From the NCBI GenBank assembly GCA_001179505.1, contig CDMY01000447.1:315066-379065 (forward strand): a stretch of 64,000 bases of DNA. The letters are read 5' to 3'. Source of the stretch: Vitrella brassicaformis CCMP3155 (lineage: Eukaryota > Protista > Chromerida). Position numbers and translations under genes: made by a program. The notes below the pieces were generated by a model. It was not told where the DNA came from and did no database searches. It saw only the letters and a program-made list of their open reading frames with translations. Positions 1 to 9,500 of this stretch are shown one piece after another (positions within the stretch are counted from its first letter, which is position 1; each line of letters begins with the position of its first letter).

Positions 1-2
1 CC

Positions 3-1455
3 ATGAAGACGCCCAAGCTGACCCAGAAGGACAAGCGGGACCTCGCGCGCTCCAAACCGTGGGGCGACCCGAAGGAGTGGGCTGCTCGCCGCGGGGACAT
101 CTCCCCCGATTCATCCATGAGCTCACCCTCCTACCGTCAAGCCACATCAGCAGCAGAGTCCGAGGAGCCGCCGCTCTCATGCGATGCGGCCCGCAAGACT
201 GGCTCGTCTCTCTCGACGTCGAAGAGACCATCCGGGTGCCGCTGCCACAGCTGCAGGGTGCGTCAGAGGAAGACGCGTCGCAGCCCTCCGCCCCCCAGAA
301 CGATGGCAACAAAAACCAGCGGCAGCAGGACTTCCGCGAGTGGGAGAGGGAGATGGAGAGGGACATGGCGAGGTACCCCAGGCTCGATGAGGAGGCCAAG
401 ACGAGGGCCAATCAATAGGCAGCAGCACGGCCGCATGCGTCTCGTGTCCAGTGCGGCCCAGGCCACGCTCAGTCCAGCTCCAGCTCGTCATTGCTGATGG
501 ACGACCTTCAAGCAGTGCCTCCAGCAACGCCCCCATTCGCGCCTGTCGATGCGCGCGCAGCGGGTGGCGCGAGTGGTGCGGATGGAGGCGGGCAACGGGG
601 TGCTGATCATCAGCACCAATACCGGCAGCAGCAGCAGCAGCAGCAAGAGGAGCATGTGCGACGCCTTCCGCCCCACTTCGCGGGTCCGAGCGGCATCCGC
701 AACTACCTCGCAAAGAACAACAACCAACCACCAACACCAGTGCCCGGCCGCCGCCGGCCCAGCAGCAGGGAGGGAGCATGGTGGATCGGCCCTGGCAGCC
801 AACAGCGGACCGGATTTGGCGCCCGGTCGGGCAGCCACCCACTGGCCAACAGCAGCAGCAGCAGCAGGCACCCCAGCCGCTGCCAATCACACCCAAGGCA
901 GGAGGGCCTTCTCAGGCGCCATCGTCGGTGGCCATGCAGCAGCAGCCGCAACAGCAGCAGGTCCCCCCGCCAGTGCCGGCAAACAATGGCCAGCGCCCCC
1001 CACCAGGCGGCGTTGGACGTGGCCGAGGAAGGGGCAACGGCACTTGGGTGGCCAGGGAGGCCAACAACACCACCATGAGCGGCGCGGGCCGTGGGGCTGA
1101 CCAGAACAAACCCGCGTGGATGTCGGACCCGGTCGCAATGGAGCGTGCGAGGCAGTCCAAGGCGATGGAGCTGGCCAAGATGATGCACCAGACAGTCTTC
1201 CAGGGCAAACCGCAGCCACCGAGAGAGAAATCGGTGTGGGCAAAATGCCCCGAGCAGTTCGGGAGGATGATCGTGAGCATGTGCCTGTGCACGGGCGCAT
1301 TTGTCGACGTCGAGAGCGGAGCCAAGCTGTGCACTGAGGCATTGCTCAAGATCCTGTTTCCGACAGGGCAGGGGGAGGGAGAGGGGCAGGGGGAGGGGGG
1401 TGAGGGGGACATAGCGGGAGCAAGTCAGCCATCGAGTGCGGCTGATGATGAGTGA
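3..1455 (+). pseudogene. Frame-mosaic coding-like region (Q/P/G-rich hypothetical protein; decaying gene, unusual splicing or assembly errors)
   Basis: GC3-rich, protein-like codons run in frame 3 (3-~190, MKTPKLTQKDKRDLARSKPW), then frame 2 (~195-740, with TAG at 416-418 and a QQQQQQQEE run), then frame 1 (~740-1455, MVDRPWQP...SSAADDE*). No typical microsatellite introns separate the segments. Confidence 0.4.
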
Positions 1456-1690
1456 CGGACTCATCGACCGGTCGTGTGCCATCCTTCATGTGTGTGTGTG
1501 TGTGTGTGTTATGTGCATGAGGTGATGGCTGTGTGTGTGTTGTCCCTACTGACTGATTTAACGGCCGCGTGTCTAGTATGTATTTGTCAGCGGCGGACGG
1601 GACGGCATTTATGATACACTGCGGGGAGGTGAAATAGCGAAACACACCGGTGGCTGGCTGCCAGTGCTGTGTTGTGTTTGGTGTCGTGTT

Positions 1691-1803
1691 GTGTGGTTGC
1701 GGCTGTCCCGTTGGCGCATCAGTCGCGTCACTGGTGTTCGTTCAGAAAACAAGAGCGGATCTGTGATGTGCTGGATGCGCCAACGGTTCAGCCGCAACCA
1801 CAC
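1691..1803 (+). ncRNA. Long fold-back hairpin, pre-miRNA-like
   Basis: 1691-1720 pairs with 1774-1803 at 28/30 Watson-Crick positions (2x2 pyrimidine loop). Pairing continues inward with G-U pairs (1724-1731/1763-1770; 1737-1740/1753-1756) to a small terminal loop. Confidence 0.55.
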
Positions 1804-2647
1804 GACCGGCCGAACGAGCGGCGGAGAAGACACAAGACAGCGGACGACAGAGAGAGAGAGAGAGAGACGAGGGGGTGAAGAGAGGACTTACATACTTGCT
1901 CTTACTCGCTGGCTTACTGAGACGCACACATGTGCCCCACACTCTCTGCCTTCAATCGCACCGCACACGGGATGGACGATGCATCGATCCGTGTACATAT
2001 ATACCAGCTGTATTTGTGATGGGTCGACAGACAGACAGACCGACAGACCGACAGACAGACACCGACACAGCGGTGCAGTGCAAGAGCGGTAGGTACCCTG
2101 GAGTAGAAGGATGGATGGATGGTGGGTGTGTTAGTGAGCGGATGCCAGGCGTGGGCCAACTGGACGACATATGGGGCAAGCAAGGCAAGCTACTTGCTTG
2201 CTTGTGTGTCGTCCAGGGCGTCTACGTCACTCATCCGCTCACCCACTCCCCTCCCGACGCACATATACGTACAAAGTGCAGCCTACCTTTCTCCCTCGCT
2301 CTTGTATCCACCCATCCAGCCGGCCATGTGGTGGCGCGCCTGGCTTTGTAGCTATCAATCGATCGCGGGCTGGATTCGCACACACTCACTCACCCGTGCC
2401 TGCCTCTGCTGCCTTGCTCGAGCCCCCTTTTGGCTTGTGCCCTGTCATGCCTGTGTGCGGAACCGCTGCTGCTGCTGCTGCTGTTGGAATGTGATGTGCG
2501 GCGTTTTTGCGTGCATTAGGACGGCGGGAGAGAGGGAGGGAGGGATGGGTGGATGGGTGAGGTAGAGCAAGCCAATGATGGGTGAGAAATGACCACGTGG
2601 TGTGTGCAGAGAGGAGGCCTGAAGTGAAGCATGATGATGGTGGTGCG

Positions 2648-2806
2648 GTGTGGTGTTGTTTTGTGCTGCTGGTGGAGTATGTCTGCGTGATGTTCCGTCG
2701 CGCCTGGTCGCGCAGTGGAGATGTCAGAGTCTTCCACTTATGCAGCTGGGCGTGAGGGCGCGTGATATCAGATAGACCAGCAGCAGCAGAGACCAACACA
2801 CCCCAC
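2648..2806 (+). ncRNA. Long irregular fold-back hairpin
   Basis: Collinear helices: TGCTGCTGGT/ACCAGCAGCA (10 bp), TGATGTT/GATATCA, TCGCGCCTGGT/GCTGGGCGTGA, GTGGAGA/TCTTCCAC around an 8-nt loop. Many G-U pairs on the + strand. Confidence 0.35.
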
Positions 2807-3187
2807 GCGACTTGCTTGACCGATCCATTGGTGCTTTTGCCTGAGAGTACTGCATCCGTCCTGACCCATTAGAGACGATTTTGCGGATCGAGCGGATGTG
2901 GTGGACGTCAGTCAGATGAGTGTAGCATTCATTGCATTTGGGCGACTCAAAGGAGGCGTGTTGATGTACGTAGAGTGTCACTAAATGATCCGGTCCGTCC
3001 GTTCAGTCCACACAACGAACAAAGAGACCGACAAAACCGCCGACTGACACTGACATGCACCCCCCTTCCCGCCTACACACCCACACATGGCCGGCCGGCG
3101 TCAAAAGGCTTGCTCACTCCTTACCCCAGACAGATAAATCCCTCCCTCGCGGACACACGGACACGTACAGCATCGTCATCAATCATA

Positions 3188-4066
3188 TCAGATGGGTTTG
3201 GTCTTCCTCTGTCTGCCCACAATCTCCTTGAAGGTTCGGAACTGCTGCTTCTGCTGCTGGTGCGCCCTCTGGCTGCCGTGCACATCCTCATCGACCGGCT
3301 CCCCCACCTGCAGCAGGCACATGGCGACGAATCCCAGCACCACCACCATCACAATCACAGCCACAGCCACCACCACCGTGTGCGACGTCTCCTGATGAAG
3401 GCTCCTGTGCCGCTCAAGCCAGTCCTTGCAGTTGAGGTGGGAGCAGTACCGCCGCCTCACGTCCACGTGCAGCAGCCGGGCGGTCGACGAGAGGGGAAAG
3501 CACCGAGTGACCTCCCTGTCACACAACTCGTGTGCCGCCTCCAGCTTGTGCTCGTCACACACGCTCGTGGGCTTCCGCCGTCTGTGTGGTGGCCCATTGC
3601 AGACGTCAAACACCTCGCAGAGGTCGGCCAGGCAGTGGGTGGCGTTGTTGATGCTGTCTGGGTGCCGTGTGTCCATGTGGACGTCGATGTAGTACTCGGT
3701 GCGGAAGAGCTTCTTGCAGAGGCTGCACTGGTAGTGGCCGCTCTTGAGCTTCACCTTCTGCGACTCCTGGTAGTGGTAATAGTCGTGATCGGGGTCCATC
3801 CCGCACTTGGGCGGCCACTTGAAGCCGACCACCTTCTTGGCCTGAGGCACGATGTACTCGTGGAGCGCCGCGCGCACCCAACGCGACACCGCCCTCGAGC
3901 AGCCGACAGGGCTCTCCTCCTTTGTGTGGTACCGTGGCGCTGCCGGCCGCTGCTTGTCGGACTTCGAGTAAGAGTGGTGATGCTTCTTGCTGGCGGTGTT
4001 GGGGACGAAGAGATGAGGGAGCCAGGCGGCAAGGACGAGCAGGAAGCGCCGCCATCTCGTGCACAT
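3188..4066 (-). CDS. Signal-peptide + C2H2 zinc-finger + single TM protein (Cys-rich type I membrane protein), single exon, 292 aa
   Basis: N-terminal hydrophobic signal (FLLVLAAWLPHLF); C2H2 motif CSLCKKLFRTEYYIDVHMDTRH followed by CLADLCEVFDVC; TM TVVVAVAVIVMVVVLGFVAMCLL; intact ATG-TGA. Confidence 0.85.
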   Translation of the reverse strand: MCTRWRRFLLVLAAWLPHLFVPNTASKKHHHSYSKSDKQRPAAPRYHTKEESPVGCSRAVSRWVRAALHEYIVPQAKKVVGFKWPPKCGMDPDHDYYHYQESQKVKLKSGHYQCSLCKKLFRTEYYIDVHMDTRHPDSINNATHCLADLCEVFDVCNGPPHRRRKPTSVCDEHKLEAAHELCDREVTRCFPLSSTARLLHVDVRRRYCSHLNCKDWLERHRSLHQETSHTVVVAVAVIVMVVVLGFVAMCLLQVGEPVDEDVHGSQRAHQQQKQQFRTFKEIVGRQRKTKPI

Positions 4067-4078
4067 GCTGACGCACAG

Positions 4079-5280
4079 ATGATTTCAAACCATCGCCAAC
4101 GGCTCGCCGGTCACTGCCGCATCGATGACGGCTCCAACAAGCCCGAAAAAAGGAGGGGGAAGAGGCAACTCTTTGCGAGCTCAGATGAGGCGGAGAATGA
4201 GGAGCACCAAATAACTGGAGGTAGCGATGGGTTCGTGGATCCGCAACTGCCGCGTGTGTTCCCACACTCCGTTTGCGGCATTCTTCGGCTTCTAGGATGA
4301 CAGTAGTCGCGCCGAGGGACGGTCAGGCCAGGGCCCTTCTCGCACGCGGCAGCGGGGCAGCCAGCGCAGCGGGCAGCAGTCTGAGGCCACCGTCGACACT
4401 GATTTGAGTGCGGCCGATGAAGGGACGGGGCGCAAGAAGGGGCAGATCCGGTCGGTGGAGGAGATTCAGGTGCTCATCCGGGCCTGGGAGAACTACGTGC
4501 ACCCCAGGGCCAAGTCCTTCTGGCAGACCTCGGACGTGCTCTATCAGATACTTGGTATGCAATGCATGGATGTCAGCACAGACAGCACACAGACAGACAG
4601 ACAGGAATCGGTCACCGGTCAGGAGACAGACGGATGAATGCATGACATGTGCTTTGGTGTGTGTTCTGTGCGATGCGTTGTGCAGCTCAGATTGCTCGTG
4701 GCGTGGAGAAGACGGCAGACCCGGTGCTGGGGTAAGCGGAGAGCTGGCGAAGGCAAGGCAGGCCGTCAACTCACTGTGTGTGTGTGTGTGTGTGTCTGGT
4801 ATTGCCATCCATCGGTGCCTCCATCCATCCATCCATCCATCCATCCATCCATCCATCCATCTCTCTCCAGCGACGACCGTTGCGTGATATGGCAGGGGAT
4901 GTTGCACAGCGAGGACAAGCGGCCCGTCATCCGCATGACCAAACCCGGCGAGACGGTCGAGTCGCAGACATACGTCAACCGGGTGCTCGTGTTCCTCTTC
5001 GCTGGTGAGTGGGTGGCGAGGAGGACATGAGATGTGGTATGATAGAGGGGACTGTCGTCGACCCGACCGCTGTGTGTGTGTTTGGATGTGCAGATGACGA
5101 CTCATTCAACGAGCTGCAGGAGGTAAACCGAGGAAGGGGGAGCCACCGGATGGCGTCTTGTCACCTCACCCTGTGTGTGTTGCGGGTACTTCTGTTTTGC
5201 AGAAGCCGAAGAAGCCGTTTGCGATGGCGTGTGGCGACTCCAAGTGCGTCAACCTCACACACATCGCACTCGACGACTGA
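4079..5280 (+). CDS. His-Cys box (zinc-binding loop of homing endonuclease / His-Me finger)-derived protein, spliced; 5' end uncertain
   Basis: Phase-consistent exons ...-4554, 4686-~4731, 4871-5004, 5094-5122, 5203-5280 give ...[30 protein letters not shown]...[62 protein letters not shown]. Contains C-x4-C-x-N-x2-H. Confidence 0.75.
4805..4861. repeat. Representative intronic (CCAT)n microsatellite; (GT)n, (GA)n, (CAGA)n, (GGCA)n and (GAGG)n tracts occur in most introns window-wide
   Basis: Directly visible. Many acceptors read (GT)n-GCAG rather than having a polypyrimidine tract. Confidence 0.95.
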
Positions 5281-5559
5281 CCGACATATACACACACATA
5301 CATACACACACAATACATGTGCCGACGCGGCGGGGTGGACGGATGCTCTTGCCTTGTCTTGCCTTGCCTTGTCTTCCTCTGGTATGACGTATCGCGCTCT
5401 TGATTGACGGATCAAGCGGCTATTTGTGCTGTCTGGCTGTCTGAAATGGACGGATGGATGGATGCTGAGGTTTAAGTTTCCGGTTTGTCTCTCTGTCTTT
5501 GGAGGTCTCACTAGACGCTGCCTGTCTGTCTTGCCTGCACGCGTGTGTGCCCGCCCCCT

Positions 5560-6338
5560 GTTCGACCGGCTCCGTGTACCCGCCCTTGGTGACACTAATG
5601 CGGCGGGGCATGTTGCCTTGTTGTCTTGCTGCCTTAGCTCGCTAGGACCCTCCCTGCCTATGCCCTCTCACACACATCTATCTCTCTCTCCCAACCTTTT
5701 TTGTGTGCCCTTGCCCCGCCCACCCGTCCGTCTCTTCGCCATCGGTGTGGGGCGTGTGTGTGTGTGTGTGTGTGTGTGTCTGAGTCTGATGGAATGGCTT
5801 CGTGCTGACGATGGGTACGACTTTATTGAGTAGCCCATTCTTGATCTGCGTGACTGGGGGTATGGTGCTGCGGTGCTGTGCGTGGAGTCCTGCCTGCTTT
5901 GTCTGTGTGTGTGTCTCTCTCTCATTGCGGTGTGCTTACTGTATGAGCTCACGGTCGCTATGCCATCGTCCTCCGCAATGAACACTAAGACAACATACTC
6001 CTTTGAAGCCACACACACTTTTCTCCGTAGGACAGACAGACACACAAACACGCCGAGAGATGTGGCTGAATGGATGGATGGATGGATGGGCGGTGTGTGT
6101 TTATTGCTGGTGAGGGGGCGGGTGCCTGGGCGTCGGCCCTGTCTGTGCGCCGGTGGAGTGGGGGAGCGACCCGGGCGAAGGAGAGGCGCGCATGACCGTG
6201 TGCCTTCCCGATGCTTCCAAGCGCGCTTCCGCAAACCACGGGCGCACAGGCAGCCCGGCCCATGCACGCCGCGCCGCCGAGCACACAGCACAGCACAGCA
6301 GTGGCCAAGTAGCTAGCAATTATGCGAGACGAGGGCAT
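5560..6338 (-). CDS. Possible small spliced protein with signal/transit-like leader; 3' end unresolved
   Basis: MPSSRIIASYLATAVLCCVLGGAAC leader from ATG 6338. Exons 6000-5940 (EYVVLVFIAEDDGIATVSSY, GTAAGC donor) and from 5853 (TQIKNGLLNKV) join in phase. The first donor would have to be GC. Confidence 0.3.
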
Positions 6339-6584
6339 GGCCACGGTGACCCCATCCATCACAGTCAGTATACATACGATCGGTATTTGTACAGATGCGG
6401 TGTATCGATCGATCGATGTGTGGATGTGTGGACACCCCCTTACATGTGCTGCATCCATGGCTTATGTGGTGCATGATGGACCGAATCCGTGTCTCTCTGC
6501 ACGATGTCAACTGACTGCTTCACACTGGTCAACGGAGTAGCACACACCCGCCATATTTGAGCGGAGTTGTTGCGGGCGAGAGAC

Positions 6585-9500
6585 ATGGGCAACACACAGA
6601 ATCATCTTACATACAGATTGCCGCCCGATGAGATCTTTGATTTTGCGATTCTCTGGCGTCGTTCCACCTTGGATGGTGGTGCACGCCACCCCCGAGCACT
6701 GGCAAGTTCGTGGAAAAGGTGGGGGCGCTCCGCCCCTCCCTCTCCCCCAGTCTCGGAATGAATCTGCTGCCTGCAGTTGGAGGCTATGATGCATTCCAGG
6801 GACCGTCAGCAGGCAGACTTGCACAGCTGGAAGAAGAACGCCATCAAGAGGAAGACCGGCACGGGCCTCGGGCAGTCGAAGAAGATGAGAGGCTGATGGA
6901 AGCCTCTCCAGACTCTTACGACTCAGCCAGGGAGTCCCCACCCGAAGAGGCCACTGCAAGGCCCAAGGGGCGGCTCCCGATGCGGCCCTCGTCTGCAAGT
7001 CTAAGACCTGTGGACAGTGAGGTGCGAAGCGAGGCGGCCGCCCCTCCCCCTGATCTGGACGAGGAGAGGGGGCTTGAAGGCCTGCACATGCCGTCAGCAC
7101 CGCCGTCATGGGGGCGTGAGGGTCAGGAGGATCATCGAGCGCTGGTCAGGTAGGTAGCAGAGAGGTGATCTCACCGTAATGGACTGGACAGGGGCTGTGT
7201 GTGTGCCTCGGCAGGAGATGGCTCTCCAACTTGCAAGCACTGAGGAGTCGCCTGCTGCTGCGGCTTCAGAGGTCAGCCCCGTAAAAGCCGCCTTTCGACT
7301 CGTGGAGGTCGTTCGTTGCCCCTGTGTGGTTCTTTCCTCTGTATGTAGAGTGGAGATCCCGGCGGAATTGGATGTCGAGAGCTTCGATGAGACGAGGCAG
7401 CAGCTGGACGAGGAGAGGCAGCGCCTCGCCAAAACTGTCGACTCCATCGAGCGGCAAAACAAGAGGCTCTTCTCCGCCATGGTTCGTTTGGCTGTGTGTG
7501 TGTCGCCTACACTCGTCCTCTATGTTGTTGTCGACGTCAGATGGCGTCCCGTGATGACCTGGAGAGGACCGCGCTTGAAGAAGAGCGGCGGTCGAAGAGG
7601 CTGGTAGATCAGCTCATGCAGGTGCAGGCCTCCAAGGCACAACTTGCTAAACAGCTGAGGAGCCTGCAGGAGGCAAAACCTGACAAACAGGTAAGTGGCC
7701 ACCAGCGAATTGCAGGCACAAGGAGACAGCTCCTCATTGGACCTGCATTTCAGCTTCAGCGTGAGTTGGAGCTTGTGCGTGAGGCGAGCGAGCGGTTCGA
7801 GAGAGAGCGGCAGAAATGGCAGGCCATGAAGGAGGGTGACGGCGGCGGTCGTCTGCATACCCTCGAGAAGCGCCTCGTAGAGCTGCAGAACGAGAATGCA
7901 ACACTCAAGGTCAAGTGCGATAGCCTGCAATTTCTCGAGACACAACAGGACCGGCAAGTGAGAGGAGAAACACACATCCCCACAAACACTCACGGGGACA
8001 GAGCGGACCACAATACACGTTGTTGCTGTGTCCGTTTGCGCAGGCCCGACGCGAGACAGAGCGGCTGAAGGGTGAGCTCCGTGATGGAGAGAGGCAGCTC
8101 GATGCCGAGCAGCAGAAGCGGGAGCACCTACAAAAGCTATACAACGAGACACTGGAAGACCTCCACCGTACGCAAGAAGGCCGGTCGCTCGAGAAGCACA
8201 GCCTGCAGGAGCTGAGAGACTCGGAGCGCGCCCGACTCGTAAGCCATATCCACACATGCATTCACAGAGTGACTGATGGATGGATGCTGTGTTTCCATGA
8301 ATGGCAGATGGACACGGTGAAGAGGCAAGAGATGGATATCGAGGAGCAGAAGAGAAGGAACGCCGAGCTGGAGAGGCGGCTGTCGCGGATCGACGAGGAC
8401 ACAGCTCTGCAGCAGGAGTCCTCCCAGTTGGCCATTCAGCGACTCAACGCAAACTCGAGGAAACCCGGGCCCTCCGCGAGGCAGACAGGCGGCAGTTCGA
8501 CGACACAGTGGCGAGGCTGAGGGAAGATCTCTCAGAGAGGAAGGACACGGTGTTGAACCTCTCAAGCCTGAGAATCACTCTCGAGGCGGACAATGAGGAG
8601 CTGCGACGACGGCTGGGCCAGGCGTACGCGCAGGTCGACAGTGCTCGAGAGAGCGCCGTCAAGGAGCAGGAGGCATTGGCAAAAAACCATCAGGAGGCCA
8701 TCCGCATGACCGTCAGCCAGCAGCAGGTGCACCTCGCCGTCCTTGAGAGCAGCACCCACGGTCTGCACATGCTCATGGACGACCCAGCTGTGCCCGCCTG
8801 GCTGGCAGAGGATGGCCGCATGCGGACCTCGGCCATGACGATGAAGCTCCGGCATCTCAAAGAAGAGCTCAGCAGGATTGTTGATAAGGAACCGACAGGC
8901 GACACTGCCACCAAAGAGCTGCCCGAGGCAAGATCTATGCCCTCGTCTCTGCCATCTTCCTTGTCGTATGTCGTGTGTCCCATGTGAGCAGGTGTTGAAA
9001 GAGTCGCGTGAGATGTTCGACCGCCAGCTGATGGAACACGAAGACGTGGCGCAGAAGGCAATCAGGTCTTTTGCAAAGACGATCCTTGCTCTTGTCTAAT
9101 TGGCCATCTTGTCTATTTAGAATTCGTGACCAGCGGATTGCCGAGCTCGAGCGACAGCTTGGAGGCGCGGCGGGCGACCAACCTGCCCAAACGAGCAAGT
9201 GCCCTGAGACCACACATGAGCCGCAGATGTCTCTACGCCTGTATTGACTATCTGTGTGTCACATACACACCAACAGGGACTCTGTGCTGCTATATCCCAT
9301 GCGACTGTCTGACGGCGGTGCTGCGGATGCCTCCAAGGAGCGCGAGGCCCTCGAATACCTCAGATCCAAAGTCACCAACGTCATTGAGAGCTTCGAGGTG
9401 GGCGAGAAGGACAAAGCCCTTACCGGCCTCTACGAACTGCTGCAGGCAGTGGACGAGGTGCAGAAGGGCGGCCTGCGGAAGCTCTCCTTCCTCAAAGAAG

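Noticed and set aside
1900-2560. Possible - strand exons with a GTGAGT donor near 2394
   Set aside because: I could not assemble a phase-consistent, protein-like product; the region is microsatellite-rich.
2975-4300. 441-aa + strand ORF
   Set aside because: Mostly the antisense shadow of the GC3-rich zinc-finger gene. Only its last ~50 codons may be a real exon of the His-Cys gene.
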